Shown here piece by piece: positions 31,445 to 42,862 of a stretch of 64,000 nucleotides of DNA. Source of the stretch: Nitrosopumilus sp. (GTDB lineage: Archaea > Thermoproteota > Nitrososphaeria > Nitrososphaerales > Nitrosopumilaceae); contig OZ243974.1 of assembly GCA_965214775.1 (NCBI GenBank), positions 1,120,001 to 1,184,000 on the forward strand, given 5' to 3'. The notes under the pieces were generated by a model. The model saw nothing but the letters and a program-made list of their open reading frames with translations. It did not search any database and was not told the DNA's origin. The translations under genes and the position numbers were made by a program. Numbering within the stretch: position 1 is the stretch's first letter; each line of letters starts with the position of its first letter.

Positions 31445-31917
31445 AAATGGTGGTTTCTAAGAACTGGGATAAAAAGGAGCAAGAAATTGAGCAAGAACAA
31501 CATGAACTCCATTCGATATTAAAACGCGATCAGAAAAACATGTTAGATACAACAGGATATGAGAACTTTAGCAGTTATGATGTTGAACGTTCTTCAATAC
31601 TGAGGAAACAATACACCGATGAGACAGAGCAGGCACGACTTGTTGCATACGTACAATTCTTACTAGAGCGGGAAGAAAGCCAAGCAGAAGAAATTTCGAA
31701 AATGCAAAAAGAAATCTCGGAGCTGCAGAAGAGTCATAGGCGTATGCATCTTGATGACCTGCTTGAACAAAACGAGATCAGCAGAAAAGCGTTGGAATCC
31801 ATTCTTGGCAACGAATCCGATGATGTGGACACAACATCCCTTGATGGGCTACTGAAGGATTATGTAGATCCAGAACAAAATTCACAAGAGTTGGTAAGAT
31901 CTGTCAGGGATAACTGA
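31441..31917 (+). CDS. Coiled-coil protein with VapB-like C-terminus (putative antitoxin)
   Basis: Ends in SQELVRSVRDN, directly upstream of the PIN gene. Confidence 0.6.
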   Translation: MKMVVSKNWDKKEQEIEQEQHELHSILKRDQKNMLDTTGYENFSSYDVERSSILRKQYTDETEQARLVAYVQFLLEREESQAEEISKMQKEISELQKSHRRMHLDDLLEQNEISRKALESILGNESDDVDTTSLDGLLKDYVDPEQNSQELVRSVRDN

Positions 31918-31924
31918 TAACAGG

Positions 31925-33726
31925 TTGGTTTACTACGATACCAATGTTTGGGTATCCTACATGCTAGGTGACAAAGACGCCTATTATGCCCACTGCAAGC
32001 CTTTGGTTGAGAATGTAGAAAACAGGAAAAAAATTGCCGTCGTTTCATATTTGGTAATCATTGAAGTCATACATGTATTGAGACAAAGAATCACTGAGAA
32101 AAGCAAGTTTGTCGGTGATGGGAGAATAGAGCGCGATGGAATCATTGCCAGAGCAAATGCCCTTGTAGTCGAGTTTATATCCATTATAGACACATTGTCC
32201 AAAGAACAGAAAATAATCATAGCAAGATCAGGCCAAAAAATCCACGAACATCACCACACAGTCATGAAAAAAATGGTGGGTTATTTTGGACATGTCAGAA
32301 CTGTAAGCATGTGCCCTAATTGTAAAAAAAGGTGGGCTGGCAGAGAAAGCCAGATTAATTGCCCGTCATGCAAAAGCGGCCACAGGTTGCTAAGCAAATA
32401 TCAGTACAAGGCATTGGGCCACGCAGACATGGAACAGGGGTTGTTTCCTAATTCACTTCATGCTGCCTCCACCGGTATCCCGAGATTTGCGGCACACTTG
32501 AGTCTGTTTAGCACCTCAAGGTTCCACCCTATTGCCTTGCACAAACCGAACCTTCGGCGGGTAGATGCCTTTCTGAACCTGCACATCAGCCTGTGGTTCT
32601 CTGCCTCTTCTGCACCAAAGATTCCCTCTATTGTTGCGCGCATCTTGTAGGATTCCGGATCAAACATCTTGGAAGCTTCCTTTCTGTGTTTCTTTTTGGT
32701 GTGGACTGCATTGGCCCTTAGTTTGATGTTTGGTTTCATTCCAGATTCCTTGAGGAGCCTTACGTTCTCATCTGAATCGTATCCCCTGTCGGCGTTGAAG
32801 ATGCCGGAGAATCCTAGTCCGATCCTCTTGATCTTCTGCAACAGTGATCTTAGGACGGTGGTGTCTGCCATTTTGTCCGAGGTAATCTGGCATGCCAGGA
32901 TTACCTGCAGGCCCAGTACGGATGCCACATGCCACTTTAGGTACTGTTTGTAGGGCTTGGCCTTTCTCTTTCTTTCGGCCTTTTTTGCACCCGATTCGTG
33001 CGTAATATCGGCCTTTTTGTCCGTCTTTTTTGGCTTGAGATCCTTTCTCTTTTTGTTCTTGTCGTACCTGTCAGTAACGACGCCGGTGCTGTCGGCTGCA
33101 AGCTTGAGTGCAGACATGTCAAATCCTGCAAGGCATCTGCGTGCAGTCTCTGATATCATCCCCTCAAGCCACTTGCCAGGAATCTTTGGCAGGAACTTGC
33201 ACAGGGTGACGTGGTCTGGCACCGGTTCGTCGTTCCAGCGAGGCAGTTTTAGAAAGTGCGCAAGACACTGCGTGTCACGGTACGTCAGATCTAGGCAGAC
33301 CATCAAAATGCACAGGCAGGCCAGCTTGTCACGGCTGTGGACTGTCGGCCGTCCCGGTCCGGAACTGACCTTCTTTACGGGACATGGGTTCTCCACTATC
33401 AAAGAAACTATATTGGATAGGAGAAACACCATTTCTTGGGTGTGGGCAGCATGGTAATACTTCCAGTACCCATCGCGTCTCTTATGTTCCGTCATTAGAG
33501 AACCACGCCCGTTCTGATCAATATAGTGTAGACTCTAGAAAATTAGACTAAATTGCCGAATTAGGAAACAACCCCCATGGAACATGCATATCTTGCCAGA
33601 TGCAGCTCTGTTCCATTATTCTACTCCACGGACAAGTCATTTGGTGATTTGAGAAACGATTCTGACTTTGGCCAAACAATTTTTAAAATAATTCCAAATC
33701 CCTCAATACGTGGTCATTTCTCATGA
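31925..33726 (+). pseudogene. PIN-domain (VapC-like) nuclease with Zn-ribbon insert, interrupted by IS5
   Basis: YYDTNV, IIEV and CPNC/CPSC motifs; removing the IS restores GHADMEHAYLA...FYSTDKSF...* at 33726. Confidence 0.85.
32437..33575 (-). mobile_element. IS5-like element; transposase at 32458-33495
   Basis: TIR GGGGTTGTTTCCTAATTC; 9-bp TSD CATGGAACA; ADSTG, ADRGYD and RATIEG motifs. Confidence 0.92.
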
Positions 33727-33736
33727 TTATCCTCAG

Positions 33737-34540
33737 TAGACTTTATGCGTAATCGACCGTGATTAAAAATTCCGCGGGGTTTTCCGGGCGTGGATGCATC
33801 GATCAGATCAAGCTACCGCATGCGGATATATCATGACGCGCGCAAAAACCTGCTCGTGCCAAAAAGACGTGCGCAACCTTACAGCACGGTGATGTGCCCC
33901 GCTGACAAGTCAGAAAAAAGGCGGCCCGTACCGCCGCACGTCATATGTCAAGCAGATGGCGGTACTTTTTCTTTTCTAGTATCGTCTTGAGGTTCTCAAG
34001 ACCCGTAATTACCTGCATGAAATAGTTTAGATCCTTGGCAGTTCCGCCAAACGGCGTGGTCAGGATGGCATATTTCTTGAACTTCCCTATGTGGTGCTCC
34101 ACCTTGACGCGGACCCTGCTGATCTGCTTGCGGCGCCTCTTCTGCGTTTTGGTGAGCTCCCCGTCTTTGGGCTTCTTGGGAGGCTGCTTGTGTATGGCGC
34201 CCGGAAGCATCTTTTGGATGCCCTCAAAGCCCAGGTCGCTGTAAACTGTAAATGCACTTTCAGGATCGTCGGCGTTTTCTGCTTTCTTCATTGCTTTTGT
34301 GTGCCTTCCAAAGTCCGGGACACCTCCCGCGTTCATCAGGCCCTTGTCGTTGACGCTGCCGTCTACAGTCTCGCTGCAGTCCAGCGCAAGGCTGTCCAGA
34401 TTCGTGGTGACCAGCGTGTTGAACATGTGCCGCTTTTTTCTTCCCGAGTATCTGGTCTTTCTTGCGGTCCTGTCCCCGGGCCTGTCTACCGGAGTCAGGG
34501 TACCGTCAATCAGGAGCGTCTTTTTTGGGATCAGCTCCTC
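33737..34540 (-). mobile_element. IS5 (DDE_Tnp_4) 3' half, truncated by IS66
   Basis: TIR TAGACTTTATGCGTAATCG; IDGT, SDLGF and RVKVEH motifs. Confidence 0.85.
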
Positions 34541-36174
34541 GTATGAGGTCACCTACCCCTCACAATAGGGTAAACATTACTGACTGTGCCTGATCCTTAT
34601 ACTATGATCGCGTAGACTAGGCATTATGAAAGGTCAACTCCTCACATGCTGCAAGAACGAGGCATCTACAGCATCGCCCACGGAGACGCTAAGGAACCTA
34701 AAAAAGGACCTCAAGGAGCGTGACAATATCATTGAGGAGCAGGGCAGGACCATCAAGGAGCAGGGCAGGACCATTGAAAAGCTAAACAAGACCATCAAGG
34801 AGCAGGGCAACAGGCTCCGATACTACGAGAACGAGAACTCGCCCCCGTCGGCGGACTCGCTGGCGTGGAAGGAGCAAAAGGCGCAGAGGAGAAAGGAGAG
34901 GGCCAGGTCCGATGCTGCAGCCGGGAAGGACGGCGCCAAGGACAGGAAAAAGCCCGGCGGCCAGAAGGGCCACAAGGGCGTATCACACATCCACCGGCCC
35001 ACCAAGGTGCAAAGGCACGACTTTCCGGGTGGACGGGCGCCGGAGTGCAAGTGCGGCACCACCACGGAGATCGCAAAAAGACCGCAGACACGCGACATGA
35101 TTGGATTTGAGATCAAGGCGATTGAGACTCGCCACGAGTCGCAGAGGGCAGTATGCCCAAAGTGCGGCACGTATCATATTGCCCCCAACGGCCTGCCCCG
35201 ATGCGGCAACTACGACACGAGCGTGGTCACAGCCGTCACCAAGCTGCGCAGCGAGGGCGTTCCATACAGCAGGATCCCAGGCATCCTGTCAGATATCACG
35301 GGTGTGGACATGTCAAAGTCAACTGCAATCAACAACGTGGGGCGCGTCTGCGACGCCGCAAAGGCGCCTGCTGAGGCCATCGCAGAGGAGGTAAAAAGCT
35401 CAAAGACCGTCTGCATAGACGAGACGGGGATCAACCTGGCAGGCAAGACGGGGTGGGTGTGGACCATACTGTCAGCAGCAGGCATACTCATGATATACAA
35501 CAATACAAGGAAGGCCCTGGTTCTGGACCAGTACATGAGCGGGTACAAGGGCGTCGTCACATCGGACGGATATCCCGCATACAAGAGGTTCGATCCGGGG
35601 GGAAGGCACCAGAGGTGCTGGGCGCACGAGCTGCGAGCCCTCCTGTATGGTTCGCAGAAAAAGGGTGCCCTGCTGTTTGCAGGGATCCTGTACCGGCAGG
35701 GGCAGCAGCTGTTCGGAGACGCCAAGACGTGTCTGGAAGGACAGGACGAGCTGTCCAAGGTGGATCTCCTAGATCTTGAGGAGAGGACGGGGATAAGAGC
35801 TGCCGACGGGCTGATGGGCAGGCACTCGCCGGAGCTGCGCCCCGCTGTTTGAGTCCATGATGCGCAACGTCCTGTTCGGATACAGGGATGTGCAGGACGA
35901 ATCGCTGAAATCCCTTGTCAGGAGGATGTACAATGCCCTGCCTGGCCTGTTTGCGTTCCTGGAATACGAGGGCGTCGAGCCCACCAACAATTCCGCAGAG
36001 CGGGCGCTGCGCCCCGTCGTGCTGCAGGACAAGATAAGCGGACAGATCAAGGGCGGCCTGGTATGGATGAACAGATACGGATGGCTCAACACATGCACGT
36101 CGACGTGGAAGCTGCAGGGCAGGTCCATCATGGCTGAGGTAGCCAAAATAATCTAGGGGTAGGTGACCTCATAC
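34541..36174 (+). mobile_element. IS66-family single-ORF element; transposase split at 34626-35852 / 35857-36156
   Basis: TIR GTATGAGGTCACCTACCCCT; NSPPS, zinc finger, IDETG, SDGY, QRCWAH and PTNNSAERALR motifs. Confidence 0.9.
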
Positions 36175-36412
36175 CGCTATTTTTAATAATCTGACTCGAT
36201 TTAACCATGATATCAGAATGAACGTCTTATGCGTCTCCATACTGCAGGGCATCCATGCCAGAGCCTTGGTGATCATTGGGGGGGGGGGTTCCCGACGGCG
36301 GGGCAGGGATCGAGGCGGAACGGCTCGGGTCTTGCGGCTGTGATGGATTTGTATGCGGTCATGACCCTGGCGGCACAGGGGCCTGTCCGTACGGAATCTG
36401 TACCAGTACGGC

Positions 36413-39400
36413 ATGCGGCCGGACATCCTTGCCGGATGCAGGCAACTACGGACGGTACGGCGGGGGATGCATATGCACATGAGGCACCGCGCCCGTACTG
36501 AATCCGTGGCATGCGGCCTGCCGCATCTGCGGTGCCCGTCACATCGGGCCTCTGCAAGTGCACCCGTCCTGTACCTGGTGCTCATCGCAGCTGCCGTCTC
36601 ATGCTTGGCCGTCGCTGGTGGCCTGCAGGAGGCATATGCACAGAGCTCGGTCGAGGTGTCCCCGGTTGGGGATTTGGAAAACAATAACTCCAGGCTGCTT
36701 GACGGCGCCACCGGCGTGGACGTCTTTACGATAGGCGACAGGACCTACGCCGTAGTGGCCGCCCGCGACGACGACGGCATCCAGATTGTAGATATCACCA
36801 ACCCTGCCAGTCCGACTGCCGCCGGGAAACTGGGAGATGATAACTCCAGGCTGCTTGACGGCGCCCACGGCGTGGCCATCTTTACGATAGGCGACAGGAC
36901 CTACGCCGTAGTGGCCGCCCGCTTCAGCGACGGCATCCAGATTGTAGATATCACCAACCCTGCCAGTCCGGCTGCCGCCGGGAATCTGGCAGACACTGAG
37001 GGCGACAACGAGCTGCTGCTTGACGGCGCCCGCGGCGTGGACACCTTCACGATAGGTAGCAAGACCTATGCCGCAGTGGCCTCCTTCATCGACGACGGCA
37101 TCCAGATTGTAGACGTCTCCAACCCTGCCAGTCCGGCTGCCGCCGGGAATCTGGGGAATACCGGCTCCCTGGAGCTTGACGGCGCCACCGGCGTGGACGT
37201 CTTTACGAAAGGCGGCAAGACCTATGCCGCAGTGGCCTCATGGCTTGATGACGGCATCCAGGTCGTAGACGTCTCCAACCCTGCCAGTCCGGCTGCCGCC
37301 GGGAATCTGGGAGACCGGGGTATCCGGGAGCTTGACGGCGCCATCGGCGTGGCCGCCTTCCAGAGGGGCAGCAAGGCATTTCTGGCAGTCGCCTCCGTTG
37401 ATGACGACGGCTTTGAGATTGTAGACGTCACCAGTCCTCACGGTCCGACTGCCGCCGGAAGGCTGGATGATGATGGTTCCCGCCTGCTTGACGGCGCCTA
37501 CGGCGTGGACGTCTTTACGATAGGCAGCAGGACCTATGCTGCAGTGGCCTCCTCCGTCGACGACGGCATCCAGATCATACACGTCTCCGATCCTACCGCT
37601 GCCCACACCGTTGGCAAGCTGGGAGATAATAACTCCCTGGAGCTTGACGGCGCCACCGACGTGGACGTCTTCACGATAGGCGGCGGCACCTACGCGGCAG
37701 TAGTGTCCCAAAACGACGACGGCCTCCAGATGGTAATTATCGGCAAGCAGGGAGCTCCGGAGTTTGCATCGGCTACACTAGACGACAACACGGGCACCAT
37801 GACGATCACCTTCAGCGAGGTCATAGACGTCTCGGATACGGACCTCTCAAAGATATACGTCAGTGATGCAGGCCAGACCAACGGGGTGTCTATGAGCGGG
37901 GCCACCTTTGATGATGCGGTGCCGGACTCGGAGACGATATCGATTACCCTTACACGGGCACAGCTGGACGGCATAGCCGCAATGAGGGTCCCGCAGCTTG
38001 ACATCGCGGCGGGAGCGGTGGAGGATCATGCCGGACATCACATAGGCACCGCACGCGACAAAACAGTCACGACGGCCAGCCCGGACAGCCCAATCCCCGC
38101 CGGAAGGCTGCCTGACGGTGCGGGGTTGTATCTTGAAAAGTCACGCGGCGTGGATACCTTTACAATAGGAAGCAACGCCTACGCCGTCGCCGTCTCCAGC
38201 ACCGAGGACGGCCTCCAGATCGTGGATATCACCAATCCCGCCCGCCTGACTCCCGCCGGAAATATGAGGGATGCACACAACAGCCTGCTTGACGGCGCCC
38301 GCGCCGTGGACACCTTCACGAAAGGCAGCAAGACCTACGCCACAGTGGCCTCGCATGCCGAGGACGGCATCCAGATTGTCGACGTCTCCAATCCGGCCAG
38401 CCCGAAGCCCACCGGCAATATGGGCGTTTATGCCTCTTCCCGCCTGCTTGACGGCGCCAACGGCGTGAGCAACTTTAAGATCGACGGCGGCACCTACGCG
38501 GCAGTCACCTCCCAGTACGACGGCGGCCTCCAGATCATAGATGTCACCAAGCCCAACAATCCGGCAGAGTCCGGGAGGCTGGAGGATAGCACCTCGCGGC
38601 TGCTTGAGGATACCTCCTCTGTGGACACCTTCAGGAGGGGCGGCTCCACATATGCAGTAGTGGCCTCGTGGGGGGATGACGGCCTTGAGATCATAGACGT
38701 CAGCAACCCGTCCAGTCCTGCAGAGACGGGACGGCTGGCAGACGACAATGACGTGCTACTCAGGGGAATCCGCGCCGTGGATGCATTCGAGGCGGGAGGC
38801 TCTGCATACGTGGCAGTGGCGTCACATGGTGAAAACGGCCTCCAGATCGTGGACGTCTCGGATCCTGCCAATCCGTCACCTGCCGGAAATCTTGTAGATG
38901 CCAGCAACCGGCTGCTTGGCGGGGCCAGCGGCGTGGAGATATTCGTGGTGGACCAGGCAATCTACGCCGCAGTGGCCTCCCAGTCTGACGACGGCCTCCA
39001 GATCGTGGACGTCTCGGATCCGGACAATCCCGCAGAGGCCGGATCCCTGAGGGACGGCCCGGGACTCTCGCTTGACGCGGCCCGAGATCTGTCCGTGTTC
39101 ACCCGCAACGGGGATACGTACGCCGTGGTGGCCTCTGACACGGAGGGCCTCCAGACAGTAAAGCTTGCAGAGGCCCCCAACAGCCCGCCGGTGGCACCCG
39201 ATGAGACGGCCACCACTGCAGAGGACACGCCTGTAACCATAACGCCTGCCATATCGGATCCCGACACATCGGACACCCCGGTGATATCAGCAGTAGTGGA
39301 TCCGCCCAACGGGTCTGCAACCCATGACGATGATACGATAACGTATACTCCAGATCAGGACTATGAGGGTACGGACACGTTCGAATATACCGTAAGTGAC

Positions 39401-42400
39401 GGCACCGGCACCACACAGGGCACGGTAACGGTAACAGTCACGCGCGACAACAACGATCCCGTTCTGGGTACCATAGGAGACCAGACGGCTACTCCGGATG
39501 TTCAATTAACCATAACGCCGACTGTAACTGACGCCGATCCTACCGATACGCACACGTACTCGATATCTCGCGGCACGCTGCCGGCAGCCGCCGCATTTAC
39601 TGCATCTGACGGCACCCTCGTCTGGACGCCCGTATCGGCTGATGCCGGGCAGACTCACGAGGTTACAATAACGGTAAATGATGGCCGCAGCGGTACCGAC
39701 TCGGAGACATTTGACATAGTTGTGCCCGCCGCAATCACGCTTACCCCGGTCGGGAGTCTGGACGACAGCCCGCAACTGCTACTTCACGGCGCCTTTGGCG
39801 TGGACGTATTCACGATAGGCAGCAACACCTACGCGGTCGTCGCCTCCGAATACGATGACGGCATCCAGCTAGTTGACATCACCAACCCTGCCAGTCCTGC
39901 AGCCGCCGGCAGTCTGAACGATACGGGTTCCACGGTGCTTGACGGCCCCCAGGGCGTGGACGTCTTTACGATAGGCAGCAACACCTATGCGGCAGTGGCC
40001 TCCTTCGTCGATGGCGGCATCCAGATCATAGACATCACCAACCCTGCCAGTCCTGCAGCCGCCGGCAGTCTGACCGATACGGGTTCCAGTGTGCTTGACG
40101 GCGCCCGCGATGTGGACGTCTTTACGATAGGCAGCAACACCTACGCGGCCGTCGTCTCCCTCGACGAAGACGGCATCCAGCTAGTTGACATCACCAACCC
40201 TGCCAGTCCTGCAGCCGCCGGCAGCCTGGACGATACGGGTTCCACGGTGCTTGGCGGCGCCCGCGGTGTGGACGTCTTTACGATAGGCAGCAACACCTAT
40301 GCGGCAGTGGCCGCCGAATACGAAGACGGCATACAACTAGTGGATGTCACCAACCCTGCCAGTCCTGCAGCCGCCGGCAGCCTGAAAGAAGGTCAAGGTG
40401 GCTCTCAGGACCTTGACGGTTCATATGCTGTGGACACCTTCACGATAGGCAGCAACACCTACGCAGCAGTGGTTGGCGAAGCAGATAACGGCCTCCAGAT
40501 TGTAGACATCACCAATCCTGCCAGTCTCACGGCCACGGGAAGTATAGGGGATACCGGCACCACGCGGCTTAAAAGTCCACGCGGTGTGGATGTATTCACG
40601 ATAGACAGCAGTACTTATGCAATCGTTGCATCCGCCCATAACAACGGCATCCAGCTAGTTGACATCACCAATCCTGCCAGTCCTATCCAAGCCGGGAATC
40701 TGGGGGATACGGGCTCCTTGGAGCTCCTCAGTCCACGCGGCGTGGCCGTCTTTACAATTGGACAAGACGTCTACGCGGCAGTTGCCGCCTTTGGCGACCA
40801 CGGCCTCCAGCTGGTGAGGCTGGGCGGGGAGGCAGAGACGCCCAACAGTCTGCCGGTGGCACCTGACGAGACGGCAACCACCGCAGAGGATACGCCCATT
40901 ACCATAACGCCTGCAATATCGGATCCGGACACATCGGATACCCCGATGATATCGGCAGTAGAGAACCCGCCAAACGGGACTGTTATACATGATGATACCA
41001 CCATAACTTATACGCCTGATCAGGGCTATACGGGCACCGATACGTTCGGATATACGGTAACTGATGGCACCGACTCTGTACAAGGCACGGTAACGGTAAC
41101 CGTCACACGCGACAACAACACCTCAAAGGCAATATCTGACCTGCTAAGCATCTACCACGCAAGGCCAGACCTGCAGGCAGCATACCCGGAGGCCGGCTCC
41201 GGCGACGATATGACGAGACTACTCAGATGGGCATGGCAGTACGGAATTGTTGACTATCCTGCAGACCCCAACGGCCCACATGCAGTCCTGGGCCCGCACG
41301 CGCACACCTATGCACTGCTCTCCATATACGACGCAAGGCCCGACCTGCAGGCAGCATACCCGGAGGTCGTGGCAGGCGATCGTGACGCACTGACTGTCTG
41401 GGCGCGCGACTGGGGAATCAACGACTATCCGGATGATCCCGTGGGTCCTGCCGCAGTCCTGGGCCCGCACGCGCACACCTATGCACTGCTCTCCATATAC
41501 GACGCAAGGCCCGACCTGCAGGCAGCATACCCGGAGGTCGTGGCAGGCGATCGTGACGCACTGACTGTCTGGGCGCGCGACTGGGGAATCAACGACTATC
41601 CGGATGATCCCGTGGGTCCTGCCGCAGTCCTGGGCCCGCACGCGCACACCTATGCACTGCTCTCCATATACGACGCAAGGCCCGACCTGCAGGCAGCATA
41701 CCCGGAGGTCGTGGCAGGCGATCGTGACGCACTGACTGTCTGGGCGCGCGATTGGGGAATCAACGACTATCCGGATGATCCCGTGGGTCCTGCCGCAGTC
41801 CTGGGTCCGCACGCGCACACCTATGCACTGCTCTCCATATACGACGCAAGGCCGGATCTGCAGGCAGCATACCCGGAGGTCGTGGCAGGCGATCGTGACG
41901 CACTGACTGTCTGGGCGCGCGATTGGGGAATCAACGACTATCCGGATGATCCCGTGGGTCCTGCCGCAGTCCTGGGTCCGCACGCGCACACCTATGCACT
42001 GCTCTCCATATACGACGCAAGGCCGGATCTGCAGGCAGCATACCCGGAGGTCGTGGCAGGCGATCGTGACGCACTGACTGTCTGGGCGCGCGATTGGGGA
42101 ATCAACGACTATCCGGATGATCCCGTGGGTCCTGCCGCAGTCCTGGGTCCGCACGCGCACACCTATGCACTGCTCTCCATATACGACGCAAGGCCGGATC
42201 TGCAGGCAGCATACCCGGAGGTCGTGGCAGGCGACCACACAGCACTGACTGTCTGGGCGCGCGACTGGGGAATCAACGACTATCCGGATGATCCCGTGGG
42301 TCCTGCCGCAGTCCTGGGTCCGCACGCGCACACCTATGCACTGCTCTCCATATACGACGCAAGGCCGGATCTGCAGGCAGCATACCCGGAGGTCGTGGCA

Positions 42401-42499
42401 GGCGATCGTGACGCACTGATCAAGTGGATACGGGATTACGGGATAACTGAATATCCGTCTGTCCTAGGCCCATATGCACACATCTATGGTAGAGACTAA
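36413..42499 (+). CDS. Giant secreted LVIVD-repeat beta-propeller protein with Ig/cadherin-like domains and C-terminal 57-aa repeats
   Basis: Signal-like segment ending QEAYAQ; three blocks of YAAV..DDGIQIVD repeats; T.ED.P / YTP Ig-like domains; true start uncertain. Confidence 0.88.
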   Translation: MRPDILAGCRQLRTVRRGMHMHMRHRARTESVACGLPHLRCPSHRASASAPVLYLVLIAAAVSCLAVAGGLQEAYAQSSVEVSPVGDLENNNSRLLDGATGVDVFTIGDRTYAVVAARDDDGIQIVDITNPASPTAAGKLGDDNSRLLDGAHGVAIFTIGDRTYAVVAARFSDGIQIVDITNPASPAAAGNLADTEGDNELLLDGARGVDTFTIGSKTYAAVASFIDDGIQIVDVSNPASPAAAGNLGNTGSLELDGATGVDVFTKGGKTYAAVASWLDDGIQVVDVSNPASPAAAGNLGDRGIRELDGAIGVAAFQRGSKAFLAVASVDDDGFEIVDVTSPHGPTAAGRLDDDGSRLLDGAYGVDVFTIGSRTYAAVASSVDDGIQIIHVSDPTAAHTVGKLGDNNSLELDGATDVDVFTIGGGTYAAVVSQNDDGLQMVIIGKQGAPEFASATLDDNTGTMTITFSEVIDVSDTDLSKIYVSDAGQTNGVSMSGATFDDAVPDSETISITLTRAQLDGIAAMRVPQLDIAAGAVEDHAGHHIGTARDKTVTTASPDSPIPAGRLPDGAGLYLEKSRGVDTFTIGSNAYAVAVSSTEDGLQIVDITNPARLTPAGNMRDAHNSLLDGARAVDTFTKGSKTYATVASHAEDGIQIVDVSNPASPKPTGNMGVYASSRLLDGANGVSNFKIDGGTYAAVTSQYDGGLQIIDVTKPNNPAESGRLEDSTSRLLEDTSSVDTFRRGGSTYAVVASWGDDGLEIIDVSNPSSPAETGRLADDNDVLLRGIRAVDAFEAGGSAYVAVASHGENGLQIVDVSDPANPSPAGNLVDASNRLLGGASGVEIFVVDQAIYAAVASQSDDGLQIVDVSDPDNPAEAGSLRDGPGLSLDAARDLSVFTRNGDTYAVVASDTEGLQTVKLAEAPNSPPVAPDETATTAEDTPVTITPAISDPDTSDTPVISAVVDPPNGSATHDDDTITYTPDQDYEGTDTFEYTVSDGTGTTQGTVTVTVTRDNNDPVLGTIGDQTATPDVQLTITPTVTDADPTDTHTYSISRGTLPAAAAFTASDGTLVWTPVSADAGQTHEVTITVNDGRSGTDSETFDIVVPAAITLTPVGSLDDSPQLLLHGAFGVDVFTIGSNTYAVVASEYDDGIQLVDITNPASPAAAGSLNDTGSTVLDGPQGVDVFTIGSNTYAAVASFVDGGIQIIDITNPASPAAAGSLTDTGSSVLDGARDVDVFTIGSNTYAAVVSLDEDGIQLVDITNPASPAAAGSLDDTGSTVLGGARGVDVFTIGSNTYAAVAAEYEDGIQLVDVTNPASPAAAGSLKEGQGGSQDLDGSYAVDTFTIGSNTYAAVVGEADNGLQIVDITNPASLTATGSIGDTGTTRLKSPRGVDVFTIDSSTYAIVASAHNNGIQLVDITNPASPIQAGNLGDTGSLELLSPRGVAVFTIGQDVYAAVAAFGDHGLQLVRLGGEAETPNSLPVAPDETATTAEDTPITITPAISDPDTSDTPMISAVENPPNGTVIHDDTTITYTPDQGYTGTDTFGYTVTDGTDSVQGTVTVTVTRDNNTSKAISDLLSIYHARPDLQAAYPEAGSGDDMTRLLRWAWQYGIVDYPADPNGPHAVLGPHAHTYALLSIYDARPDLQAAYPEVVAGDRDALTVWARDWGINDYPDDPVGPAAVLGPHAHTYALLSIYDARPDLQAAYPEVVAGDRDALTVWARDWGINDYPDDPVGPAAVLGPHAHTYALLSIYDARPDLQAAYPEVVAGDRDALTVWARDWGINDYPDDPVGPAAVLGPHAHTYALLSIYDARPDLQAAYPEVVAGDRDALTVWARDWGINDYPDDPVGPAAVLGPHAHTYALLSIYDARPDLQAAYPEVVAGDRDALTVWARDWGINDYPDDPVGPAAVLGPHAHTYALLSIYDARPDLQAAYPEVVAGDHTALTVWARDWGINDYPDDPVGPAAVLGPHAHTYALLSIYDARPDLQAAYPEVVAGDRDALIKWIRDYGITEYPSVLGPYAHIYGRD
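41138..42496 (+). repeat. Coding tandem repeat, 171-bp unit, 8 units
   Basis: YALL units start at 41309, 41480, 41651, 41822, 41993, 42164 and 42335, plus a divergent first unit. Confidence 0.95.
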
Positions 42500-42512
42500 A
42501 TGTCTTAAAACG

Positions 42513-42642
42513 GGGGTTGTCGCCTAATTCCACCTGCCGGACTCAATCCGCACATTTTTCTGAATCTCCACCATTTTTGCACGCCTAGTCCGGATAACAT
42601 CATATGATTTTCAGAAATTCTGATGAATTAGGCGACAACCCC
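42513..42642. mobile_element. MITE family G with 9-bp TSD
   Basis: CTTAAAACG is duplicated; the paralogous empty site is at ~54211-54235. Confidence 0.92.
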
Positions 42643-42751
42643 CTTAAAACGTAACAGGCTCATGTATGAACACGATATCGCGTATCTGACACCGGCCGCA
42701 TCCAGCTCGGAGATGACTGCTGCCGAAAAGAACTCGCGGTCTAGCATCACG

Positions 42752-42862
42752 GTAATAGCTCGGGCTCTGGAAGCTGCTCCTAATTTCAGGCACGAGTCTG
42801 CCCGGGAGGCCTCTCCGAGGTGGCAAAACCCATGCCTGAACTTCCAGAACCCGAGCTGCTAC
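42752..42862 (+). mobile_element. MITE family A copy
   Basis: Flanked by GCATCACG and GCATCGCG. Confidence 0.8.

Noticed and set aside
41219-42331. Long Cys-rich antisense ORFs (also 52589-54043 and 61324-62193)
   Set aside because: They are shadows of the sense-strand repeat; a stop-free unit gives a long ORF automatically.
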